From Lentisphaeria bacterium (GTDB lineage: Bacteria > Verrucomicrobiota > Lentisphaeria > Oligosphaerales > CAITYL01): a stretch of 64,000 bases of DNA. The position numbers and the translations under genes are program-made. Below, piece by piece: positions 26,580 through 34,243 of this stretch (position 1 is the first letter of the stretch; each line of letters begins with the position of its first letter). The stretch is taken from contig JBAZOO010000005.1 in assembly GCA_041648735.1 (NCBI GenBank), positions 1,862 to 65,861 on the forward strand. Reading direction: 5' to 3'. Under the pieces are notes generated by a model. That model saw nothing but the letters and a program-made list of their open reading frames with translations, ran no database searches and was not told the origin of the DNA.

Positions 26580-28469
26580 ATGGCCACCCCTGATTTCGCT
26601 TCCGCCATCCGTGATCGCGTCCTGGTTTTTGACGGGGCCATGGGCACCGAGCTGTACCGGCGCCACGTCTTCACCAACCGCTGCTTCGACGAGCTGTGCG
26701 TCTCCTCGCCGGAGCTGGTCCGCGAGATCCACCAGGCCTACGCCGCGGCGGGGGCGGACGTGCTGACGACCAATTCCTACGGGGCCAACCGCCTGGCGCT
26801 GGGGCGCTATGGCTTCGGCGAGCAGGTGGCGGCGATCAACCGGGCGGCGGCGGCGGTGGCGCGCGCCGTGGCGGATGCGGCGGCGGGCGGGCGGCTGTTG
26901 GTCGCCGGCTCGGTGGGGCCAGTGCCGGCCACCGGCACGGACGCCGCCGGGCGGGTGGCAATGATGGCCGAGCAGATCGGGGCGCTGGCCGCCGGCGGGG
27001 CGGACTTGATCCTTTTTGAGACCTTGCCGAACCGGGAGGCGGCGGTGGAGGGCTGCCAGGCGATCCAGGCGGCCGCGGCGGGGCGGCCGTTCGTGCTGTC
27101 GTTCGCGGCGTATGACGACGACGACCGGACGATCGCCGAAACGCTCGGCCGGCTGCTGGCACCGCTGCCCGCCGGGCTGCCGGCGCCGGCGGCCCTCGGC
27201 TTCAACTGCGGCGCCGGCCCGGAACGGCTGCTGGCGGTGCTGGAGCGGGCGGTGCGCCTGACCGCGCTGCCGCTGGTCGTCCAGCCCAACGCTGGCCAGC
27301 CGCGGCTGGTGGAGAACCGCCAGCTCTACCTGTGCTCCCCCGAATACCTGACGAGCTATGCCCGGCGCTATGTGGAGCTTGGCGCCCGTGCCGTTGGCGG
27401 CTGCTGCGGCACCACGCCGGAGCACATCCGCGAGGTGGCGCGGGCGATCAAGCCGCTGGCGCGCCAACGGCTGGAGATCAAGGAGATCACGCCGCCGGCC
27501 GAGGCGCCGCTCAAGGCGCCGCTGCCGCTGGCGGAGAAGTCGCGGCTGGGGTGGAAGCTGGCCAACCGGCAGTGGGTGACCACGGTGGAGCTGCTGCCGC
27601 CCCGCGGCCATGAGCTGGCCGAGGTGGTGGCGAAGGCGGAACTCTGCCACCGGCGGGGGGTTGACGCGGTGAACATCCCCGACGGGCCGCGGGCGGCGCC
27701 CCGGCTGTCGCCGCTGGTCACCGCGCTGCGGCTCCAGGAGCGGGCCCGGATCGACACCGTGCTGCATGTCTGCTGCCGCGACCGCAACGTCATCAGCCTG
27801 CAGGCCGACCTGCTGGCCTGTGCCGCCTGCGGAGTCCGCAACCTGCTGTTCATCACCGGCGATCCGCCGAAGCTGGGCAACTACAGTTTTGCCTCGGGGG
27901 TGTTCGACACCGATTCCATCGGGCTGGTGGGGTTGCAGGCGCGGCTGAACCGTGGCGTCGACTTGGGGGGGCAGGTGGTCGAGCCGGCCACGGCGGCGGC
28001 GATTGGCGTCGGCGCCGACCCGGGTGCCCTGGATTTCGACCGGGAGGTGCGCCGCTTCCGCGCCAAGGTGGCGGCCGGCGCGGAGTTCGCCATCACCCAG
28101 CCGGTCTTCGCGGTGGCGCCGCTCTTCCGCTTCCTTGATGCCATTGCGGACTTGGAGATCCCGGTGATCGCCGGGATTTGGCCGCTGGCCAGCCTGCGCA
28201 ACGCCCTGTTCCTGAAGCATGAAGTGCCTGGCGTCACCGTTCCGGACGCGCTCATCAGCCGGATGGCGGCGGTGGCGACGAAGGAGGGGCAGCGGCAGGC
28301 CGGGATCGAGATCGCGCGGGAGGCGGTCGTCGCGGTCCGTGGCCGGGTGGCGGGGATCCAGGTCAGCGCGCCGTTGGGGAATGTGCTGACGGCGTTGGCG
28401 GTGGCGGAGTGTCCGGTGGTGTTGGCGGGCGCTGACGCTCCTGGGCGAGCTTGGTGCGGCCAGGCCTGA
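26580..28469 (+). CDS. yitJ: Bifunctional homocysteine S-methyltransferase / 5,10-methylenetetrahydrofolate reductase (YitJ-type fusion)
   Basis: The N-terminus is FDGAMGTELY...ADVLTTNSYGAN...GGCCGTTPEHI (Hcy-binding domain). The C-terminal half is MTHFR-like: TVELLPPRG...HVCCRDRN...LFITGDPP. Confidence 0.85.
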   Translation: MATPDFASAIRDRVLVFDGAMGTELYRRHVFTNRCFDELCVSSPELVREIHQAYAAAGADVLTTNSYGANRLALGRYGFGEQVAAINRAAAAVARAVADAAAGGRLLVAGSVGPVPATGTDAAGRVAMMAEQIGALAAGGADLILFETLPNREAAVEGCQAIQAAAAGRPFVLSFAAYDDDDRTIAETLGRLLAPLPAGLPAPAALGFNCGAGPERLLAVLERAVRLTALPLVVQPNAGQPRLVENRQLYLCSPEYLTSYARRYVELGARAVGGCCGTTPEHIREVARAIKPLARQRLEIKEITPPAEAPLKAPLPLAEKSRLGWKLANRQWVTTVELLPPRGHELAEVVAKAELCHRRGVDAVNIPDGPRAAPRLSPLVTALRLQERARIDTVLHVCCRDRNVISLQADLLACAACGVRNLLFITGDPPKLGNYSFASGVFDTDSIGLVGLQARLNRGVDLGGQVVEPATAAAIGVGADPGALDFDREVRRFRAKVAAGAEFAITQPVFAVAPLFRFLDAIADLEIPVIAGIWPLASLRNALFLKHEVPGVTVPDALISRMAAVATKEGQRQAGIEIAREAVVAVRGRVAGIQVSAPLGNVLTALAVAECPVVLAGADAPGRAWCGQA

Positions 28470-28561
28470 CCAAAGAAAAGCGGACTCCGCGGCCCTGGGG
28501 GCGCAGAGTCCACTGGGGAAACGAGCCTAGCAGTTGCCGCCGGCCGCCACGGACGCGGTGG
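28463..28561. repeat. 99-bp direct repeat, copy 1 (left boundary of island 1)
   Basis: GGCCTGACCAAAGAAAAGCGGACTCCGCGGCCCTGGGGG...GAAACGAGCCTAGCAGTTGCCGCCGGCCGCCACGG. Matches 33101-33199 with 4 substitutions and no indel. Confidence 0.9.
28470..28513 (-). terminator. Degenerate copy of the motif-hairpin terminator (downstream of the methyltransferase operon)
   Basis: Minus strand reads GTGGACTCTGC..loop..GCGGAGTCCGC then TTTTCTTTGG. Two stem mismatches relative to the copy at 33108-33151. Confidence 0.35.
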
Positions 28562-28712
28562 TGCGGCTCATCTTTGCGGCGTGGGGCTACAGCACCCCGG
28601 CGGAGCGGGCCCGGGCCGCCGCCCAGCCGCGGATCGAATCCTGGCCGCTGGGGCGCTTCACCGCCGCCCCCCATTCCCGCTGACTAGGCAGCGCAAGCTC
28701 CCGCTGCCAACG

Positions 28713-29831
28713 TCACGGGTCATGCGCGGCGGGTACGCCGTCGCATGCACCCGTTTGTTGGACCTTGTATTCTGCCTTTTCTTCAAACAAGACCATTTGC
28801 CTAACTTCATCACTTGATACTATCAAGTCATCTCTTGATGCCCGTGTGCTGCTACCGCTCTTGAAGCTGCAGAATACATCTTCAAGAGTCACGTTTGCGT
28901 CGTCGGAAACAAGTTCCGCAAGAACCTTACGGACAGACTCAAGGGGTCTTCCCTCAAGAAAGCGGAAAGCGGAAGCCGCCAAGTAGTCTCTGCTTAGGTC
29001 AAACGTCAGCCATCTGCGACCAAGCGCTTCTGCGGCAAATCCCGTTGTATTCGACCCACCGAAGAGATCCAAGACTATGTCTCCTTCATCGGTCAGCATC
29101 TTGATGAAGAATGTGGGCACTTCGACAGGGAACCGGGCAGGATGGCGTTCCAGTCCGAACTCCTTGCAGAGCCAAAGGTAACTGGAATTGCTGTCGGTAT
29201 TGGGGATGGTGAGCAGGTTCGATGGTATGGCACCGCCGTTGTCCTTGCCGAAGCCGGCACTGATGTCATGCCCGGATGGGCGTTTCTTCGGTTTGTAGAA
29301 ACTCCCGGGATCCTCAAGCAGTTTCTTCATCCGCTCGGAGTACGGGGCCAGGACCTTCCGTACGTCGGCTTTCGGAGAATCCGTTTTGCTGAACCACCAA
29401 ACCGTATTGACGGAGTCCTTGGCCCGAATCTTGCGCTTGTTCACCCACTCGATGGGGGATGGCAGCTTGGCTGGATTGAACCAGTAAAAATCCTCGGCTA
29501 GGTGAAAACCAACAGTATCGCAGAAGGTAAGCAGAACCCTGAAGTTGTAAAGCGAGCGTGACGGGACACCTGCTCGATAAGCACCGCCAAGATCAAGGAC
29601 AAAACTCCCGGTCTTCTTGAGAACTCTAAAGACCTCTCTGCCAAAAGGCGTAATCCAAGCTACATACTCTGTTTCCTCAACATTGCCGTATGATTTCTGC
29701 CGCCTCAGGGCAAACGGTGGGGAGGTCACTACAAGATCGATGCTTTCGTCCTCCATTTCCTTGAGGAGAGCCAAAGCATCGCCCACAACGGCCCGCCCGT
29801 AGCGTGTGACGTATAGCGGCGGAGTTCGCAT
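28713..29831 (-). CDS. Beta-class DNA methyltransferase (N4-cytosine or N6-adenine; SPPF motif favours N4-cytosine)
   Basis: Motif IV DLVVTSPPFAL precedes motif I DIVLDLFGGSNTTG (beta permutation, PF01555-type). AT-richer than flanks. The last ~15 codons run into high-GC DNA. Confidence 0.85.
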   Translation of the reverse strand: MRTPPLYVTRYGRAVVGDALALLKEMEDESIDLVVTSPPFALRRQKSYGNVEETEYVAWITPFGREVFRVLKKTGSFVLDLGGAYRAGVPSRSLYNFRVLLTFCDTVGFHLAEDFYWFNPAKLPSPIEWVNKRKIRAKDSVNTVWWFSKTDSPKADVRKVLAPYSERMKKLLEDPGSFYKPKKRPSGHDISAGFGKDNGGAIPSNLLTIPNTDSNSSYLWLCKEFGLERHPARFPVEVPTFFIKMLTDEGDIVLDLFGGSNTTGFAAEALGRRWLTFDLSRDYLAASAFRFLEGRPLESVRKVLAELVSDDANVTLEDVFCSFKSGSSTRASRDDLIVSSDEVRQMVLFEEKAEYKVQQTGACDGVPAAHDP

Positions 29832-29832
29832 T

Positions 29833-31308
29833 CTAGAACTCCCTCAAGCCGTCAACCCAACTTTCGAGAATCTGCCACAGGACACTTGCCGCGAAATAGA
29901 CCTCCGGGTCTGACTTACATATTGCACCTACGTCGGCTTCGGCAAGGTGATCCCTGCCGTGGCCGACGATGTAACTGACCCATTTCCTGAGGTTATCGTC
30001 CGCGCCAACGAGGACGGCGTTCGGGTCGAAACCGCCTGATCGCGCAAGTACCCAAGAAAGTCCGTCTCTCTGATCTGGCGAGCACGTCTTCAGCAAATCC
30101 ACCACATGAGCAACTTGTGGCCCTGTGATCCTGAGAAGTGATCTTGCCGCTTCTGTCTTCACATCCAGTGCGGTTGAGTTGAAGGTATCAACGAGAGCAC
30201 TTGCGGCAGTGCGGGTAGCGAACTGCCCGAGTGCCCAGGCCGCTCCTGCCCTGAGTTCCTCGTCGCGCCTACCATCTCGCAAGACATCGATGAGTAGGTT
30301 CTCGCTTCTGGGGTTCGGGATTTCCGAGACTACAATCACCGTTTCCAGTTGAGTCTCAAGCGGGACATCCATAACTGCACTACGCAGTTTGCTCTCTATG
30401 AATGCCCATCCTTCGGGATGGTCACACGCCGCGAGCGCTGCGGCTGCTTCGAGTTGCACGTAGATGTCTTCTTCCGCGTGGATAATCCTGTCTGCAAGCG
30501 CAGCGCGCGCGCTCGTGTACCCTCGATAGCGCAATGCCTTGGCGGCAGCATACCGCTCGCTTAGGTTGATACTGGTGAGCTTGGCAACAAAATACGCCTC
30601 ATCGACCGAGGGCGGGCAGGACACTGAGACTGTCACCGGAACGGAGGCCGCAACGATCTGGTTGGCTTCAACTGCGTCACCAACACGAACCTGCGGCTCC
30701 AGCGTGTTCGCTCCCTTACTGCGAAACAACTGGATCGTCTGAATGCGACCAGATGGTTGATGCGTCAACTGGATGCGCTTTGCCGAAACCTCGGAGACGG
30801 TTGACAGTTGCTTGGCTATTGCGGAGGGCCACACCACACGGATTTCCGAGCCTTCTTCGACCCCCTTCGGCTTGGTGATGGAGACGCGCTTCTGGGCAAA
30901 TGCGTCGCGCAAGTCCTTCACCTTGATGAACAGTACCGGCGAGATGCGTTTCAAGTCGATGGGTGACTTGGCGCTCTGCTGGAAGACGACGATCGAAACG
31001 AAGTCACCATCCCGCATTCCCGCATCCCATGCGCGCTTAGGGTCCTTCAGCGAGTGGGACATCGAGATTTCCGGCTTGGTCTTGCCTCTGGATTCAAAAC
31101 GCAGGCCTGTCTGCAGGCACAGAATGTCGGGTACGCGGACACGTTTGATCTTGATCTTCTTCCATATCTTGAAGCCGGTGGAGCCCCGCTCCAGCTCAAT
31201 CGGCCTGAAACCAAGTGCGGTCAAGCGGTCAATCGGTGCATTCGTCCCGGCAGCTCCCACCGCCAGTTTTCGTAAGAAACTGTCATCGCTTTTGAAGTTA
31301 GCCGCCAC
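29833..31308 (-). CDS. Putative restriction-endonuclease-like N-terminal domain fused to C-terminal HEAT (PBS-lyase-type) repeats
   Basis: GTG start with GAGG RBS. Stop lies 1 nt before the methyltransferase ATG. The candidate PD-(D/E)xK-like segment is VRVPDILCLQTGLRFESRGK. HEAT-like repeats include ERYAAAKALRYRG, ELRAGAAWALGQFA and VKTEAARSLLRITG. Confidence 0.45.
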   Translation of the reverse strand: MAANFKSDDSFLRKLAVGAAGTNAPIDRLTALGFRPIELERGSTGFKIWKKIKIKRVRVPDILCLQTGLRFESRGKTKPEISMSHSLKDPKRAWDAGMRDGDFVSIVVFQQSAKSPIDLKRISPVLFIKVKDLRDAFAQKRVSITKPKGVEEGSEIRVVWPSAIAKQLSTVSEVSAKRIQLTHQPSGRIQTIQLFRSKGANTLEPQVRVGDAVEANQIVAASVPVTVSVSCPPSVDEAYFVAKLTSINLSERYAAAKALRYRGYTSARAALADRIIHAEEDIYVQLEAAAALAACDHPEGWAFIESKLRSAVMDVPLETQLETVIVVSEIPNPRSENLLIDVLRDGRRDEELRAGAAWALGQFATRTAASALVDTFNSTALDVKTEAARSLLRITGPQVAHVVDLLKTCSPDQRDGLSWVLARSGGFDPNAVLVGADDNLRKWVSYIVGHGRDHLAEADVGAICKSDPEVYFAASVLWQILESWVDGLREF

Positions 31309-31417
31309 AAAACCTCATGTCGCTCTCGTCTGCCTGTAGGTAATTCACGTGTATCATCTTTCCGGCCCAACGCCGCCGGTCTGCGACGAGCGGAGCGAAG
31401 TCCGCAGCATCGGCTGG

Positions 31418-31591
31418 TTATGTCAATATCTTGAGGATGTGGCGGGCCAAGTTCTCGTCGATCTCAGTATGCCGCGGAACCGGTTGCCGCTTGCCCGTTT
31501 TCGGATTCACGAATAGATCGTGGCGTCCGCCTGCTCGTACGAAGACGCATCCGGCGGCGGTCAATCGCCGTATGAGTTCCTTGCGTTTCAT
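31418..31591 (-). CDS. hicA: HicA-family toxin (mRNA interferase)
   Basis: 57 aa, not in the ORF track: MKRKELIRRLTAAGCVFVRAGGRHDLFVNPKTGKRQPVPRHTEIDENLARHILKILT. The ATG overlaps the hicB stop (ATGA). Confidence 0.8.
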   Translation of the reverse strand: MKRKELIRRLTAAGCVFVRAGGRHDLFVNPKTGKRQPVPRHTEIDENLARHILKILT

Positions 31592-31785
31592 ACGGCCAAC
31601 ACGATCTCTCTGGTCTTGTGTTCAGTCGGAACATTATCAAGGATCATCAACCGGAAAGCGTCCAGCATGTTCTCTTCGAGTTCTTCGATGGTCTCGCCTT
31701 GGGTCATAATCTCCGGGTGGTCAACCAGTTTGCCGACCCAGAACTTCTCCCCCTTCCAGTAGATCATCTTCAACTTTGTCTTCAT
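31588..31785 (-). CDS. hicB: HicB-family antitoxin (N-terminal domain type)
   Basis: WVGKLVDHPEIMTQGETIEELEENMLDAFRLMI is typical of the HicB/UPF0150 fold. Translationally coupled to hicA. Confidence 0.7.
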   Translation of the reverse strand: MKTKLKMIYWKGEKFWVGKLVDHPEIMTQGETIEELEENMLDAFRLMILDNVPTEHKTREIVLAV

Positions 31786-31891
31786 CAGTCAACTCCTTTA
31801 TCTTTGATCATCCTCATGCGACATAACGTCTGCACTCATGGTTTTGGCGCGCTAGCGACAAATACCATGCAGTGCTTGGTTCGCATTTCCT

Positions 31892-32209
31892 TCAGTTGTA
31901 GCAACTGTAAACCATTATGACGACAAACAAAACGCCAGCGAGAAAGGGGATTGCACACACAATGCGTTTCAGCCATGAACCGGCGATTAGGACTGGAATT
32001 GACATGGCGGCAATGCCCAGCAGGCAGGCACACAGTGCAATGCCGACGGCCCTGTTGACCGCTGGTGACGGTGGTCCGGGGACAACACCGATGATGGGCA
32101 CTGTTCCTGAGTACCCACTCATGATGTGGCCATATACCAAAAGGATGGCTGCACCGAGGAGTGCCCAAGCCACTGAGACTTTTACCCAAGATGGATTCTT
32201 GATATTCAT
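31892..32209 (-). CDS. Small integral membrane protein (3 predicted TM helices), unknown function
   Basis: 105 aa with hydrophobic segments VSVAWALLGAAILLVYG, AVGIALCACLLGIAAMSIPVLIAG and VCAIPFLAGVLFVVIMV. AT-richer island. Confidence 0.45.
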   Translation of the reverse strand: MNIKNPSWVKVSVAWALLGAAILLVYGHIMSGYSGTVPIIGVVPGPPSPAVNRAVGIALCACLLGIAAMSIPVLIAGSWLKRIVCAIPFLAGVLFVVIMVYSCYN

Positions 32210-32407
32210 CTCATCATGCTAACTTATTATTCAACGGTTTTTCCGGGTTTGCCGGCCGAATCGGACGGGGCGGCGGTTCCCGCCGCGGCGGGCCAGCAGA
32301 AGGCACTGTATCTGCCGCCCGGGGGAAAGCAAGCCTCCGGTTCCGCCGAAGCACTTCGCGCGCCCGGCCCCGCCACCGGGCAGGCCAACCCATTTTCATT
32401 TGTGCAT

Positions 32408-32450
32408 GAAACCAACGGGTTGCGGCAGGAATGCCGTTGCCGTTGGTTTC
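32408..32450 (+). other. Strong orphan hairpin (possible terminator of an unannotated transcript)
   Basis: GAAACCAACGG (32408-32418) pairs perfectly with CCGTTGGTTTC (32440-32450). Inner stem GCGGCA/TGCCGT with a GGAA loop. Followed by TTCGTTTCC. Lies in about 490 nt without a credible ORF. Confidence 0.4.
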
Positions 32451-32604
32451 TTCGTTTCCCCCATTTGGCCTTTCACCTTGGCTTGGCCTGGGGCATTTTC
32501 GCCGATCCACTCGGAACCTGCCATTCCGGACTCCGACTCCGTGGATTCCGTGTGCTCCGGGCGAACGAAGGGGGCTTGGGTTTCACGGGGAGAGGCGCCG
32601 GCAC

Positions 32605-32632
32605 TTGCCTGTCCTGAAATATATGCTATTAT
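32605..32632 (+). promoter_or_regulatory. Possible sigma70 promoter of ssb
   Basis: TTGCCT-N16-TATTAT in the only AT-rich patch upstream of the ssb ATG (32707). Confidence 0.4.
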
Positions 32633-32706
32633 TAATTGGCATCCATCAAGGGTGCGGCCGCCCGCGCGGCGGCCAGCCATGCTCCCAGCCAGGAAAGGGC
32701 ACCGCC

Positions 32707-33168
32707 ATGAACGATCTGAACAAGGTCCTGATCACCGGCAACCTGGTGTGCGACCCCGAGTGCAAGCAACTGCCAGCCGGCAGCCGGGCCTGCGAACTCC
32801 GCATCGGCGTCAACCGCCAGTTCAACGACCGGGAAGGAACGGCCAAGACGGAAGCCTGCTTCGTCAACATTGACCTGTTCGGCGCCGTGGCCGAAATCGC
32901 CGGCAACTCCCTGCGGCGCGGTTCCGCCGTGTTCATCGAGGGGCGGCTCAAGCTCGACCAATGGGAGGACAAGCAAAGCGGCAAGCGCCTGAGCCGCCTC
33001 CGGATCATTGGCGAGCAGGTGCGTTGCCTCCAGCCGGTGGCTGCCGGCCGCGCCGCCGCCCCGAAACCCTTGGCGGCGGCGCCTTCCCCAGCGGCATCCC
33101 GGCCTGACCAAAGAAAAGCGGACTCCGCGGCCCTGGGGGGGCGGAGTCCGCTGGGGAAACGAGCCTAG
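32707..33168 (+). CDS. ssb: Single-stranded DNA-binding protein, OB fold intact, canonical acidic C-terminal tip absent
   Basis: LNKVLITGNLVCDPECKQLP...CFVNIDLFGAVAEIAGNSLRRGSAVFIEGRLKLDQWEDK. The last ~23 codons (from 33101) are encoded by the 99-bp repeat and end ...SPLGKRA instead of a D-D-D-I-P-F-type tip. Confidence 0.85.
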   Translation: MNDLNKVLITGNLVCDPECKQLPAGSRACELRIGVNRQFNDREGTAKTEACFVNIDLFGAVAEIAGNSLRRGSAVFIEGRLKLDQWEDKQSGKRLSRLRIIGEQVRCLQPVAAGRAAAPKPLAAAPSPAASRPDQRKADSAALGGRSPLGKRA

Positions 33169-33199
33169 CAGTTGCCGCCGGCCGCCACGGGCGCGGTGG
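33101..33199. repeat. 99-bp direct repeat, copy 2 (right boundary of island 1)
   Basis: See copy 1. This copy carries the intact inverted pair GCGGACTCCGC / GCGGAGTCCGC. Confidence 0.9.
33108..33151 (-). terminator. Rho-independent terminator of the GGGtGRT/NifU-like operon, built from an inverted pair of the abundant motif
   Basis: Minus strand reads GCGGACTCCGC-11 nt loop-GCGGAGTCCGC (perfect 11-bp stem) followed by TTTTCTTTGG. Lies 64 nt after the stop at 33215. Confidence 0.6.
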
Positions 33200-33214
33200 C
33201 GGCCGGTTCCGGGT

Positions 33215-34216
33215 TCACTGCTTCAGCGCTTCCTCGATGGCGACGGCGACGGCGACGGTGGCGCCGACCATCGGGTTGTTGCCCATGCCGATCAGCCCCA
33301 TCATTTCGACGTGGGCCGGCACCGAGGAGGAGCCGGCGAACTGGGCGTCGGAATGCATCCGCCCCATGGTGTCGGTCATGCCGTAGGAGGCGGGGCCGGC
33401 GGCCATGTTGTCCGGGTGGAGGGTGCGGCCGGTGCCGCCGCCGGAGGCGACGGAGAAGTAGCGGCGGCCCTTCTCGACGCATTCCTTCTTGTAGGTGCCG
33501 GCGACCGGGTGCTGGAAGCGGGTCGGATTGGTGGAGTTGCCGGTGATCGAGACGTCCACCCCTTCCTTCCACATGATCGCCACCCCCTCGCGCACGTCGT
33601 CGGCGCCATAGACGCGGACCTTGGCCTTGTCGCCCGTGGAGAAGGGCTTCTCGGCGACGATGGCGAGTTCGCCGGTGGCGTAGTTGAACTGGGTCTTGAC
33701 GTAGGTGAAGCCGTTGATGCGGCTGATGATGTAGGCGGCGTCCTTGCCCAGGCCGTTGAGGATGACGCGGAGCGGCTGCTGGCGCACCTTGTTGGCGGAC
33801 TTGGCGATGCCGATGGCGCCCTCGGCGGCGGCGAAGGACTCGTGGCCGGCGAGGAAGCAGAAGCACTGGGTCTGCTCGCGCAGCAGCATGGCGGCGAGGT
33901 TGCCGTGGCCGATGCCGACCTTGCGGTCGTCGGCGACGGAGCCGGGGATGCAGAAGGCCTGGAGCCCTTCGCCGATCGCCTCGGCGGCGGCGGCGGCCTT
34001 GGTGCAGCCCTTCTTCAGGGCGATGGCGGCGCCGACCACGTAGGCCCAGCCGGCGTTCTCGAAGGCGATGGACTGGATGTCCTTGGTGATCTTGCAGGGG
34101 TCAATGCCCTTGCCCTTGCAGATCGCCTCGGCTTCCTCGATGGAGCCGATGCCGTGCTTCTTCAGCGCCGCGAGGATCTGCGGCAGGCGGCGGTCGTAGG
34201 ATTCAAAGAGAGCCAT
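33215..34216 (-). CDS. GGGtGRT family protein (conserved, function unknown)
   Basis: Contains the eponymous SVASGGGTGRTLHPDN. 333 aa. Confidence 0.85.
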   Translation of the reverse strand: MALFESYDRRLPQILAALKKHGIGSIEEAEAICKGKGIDPCKITKDIQSIAFENAGWAYVVGAAIALKKGCTKAAAAAEAIGEGLQAFCIPGSVADDRKVGIGHGNLAAMLLREQTQCFCFLAGHESFAAAEGAIGIAKSANKVRQQPLRVILNGLGKDAAYIISRINGFTYVKTQFNYATGELAIVAEKPFSTGDKAKVRVYGADDVREGVAIMWKEGVDVSITGNSTNPTRFQHPVAGTYKKECVEKGRRYFSVASGGGTGRTLHPDNMAAGPASYGMTDTMGRMHSDAQFAGSSSVPAHVEMMGLIGMGNNPMVGATVAVAVAIEEALKQ

Positions 34217-34243
34217 GATGGGAAACTCCTTCCGTGGGATGGG

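Noticed and set aside
28631-28641. GGATCGAATCC, reminiscent of a tRNA T-loop (GGTTCGAATCC), near the left end of island 1. This raised the idea of a tRNA-fragment attachment site.
   Set aside because: The flanking bases do not form a 5-bp T-stem or an acceptor stem, and no cloverleaf can be drawn. It lies inside a short protein-like open frame.
32321-32340. GGGGGAAAGCAAGCCTCCGG as a possible SRP (4.5S) RNA domain IV.
   Set aside because: It does not match the conserved GGAAGCAGCC/GNAR loop pattern closely, and no complementary 3' strand is found at an appropriate distance.
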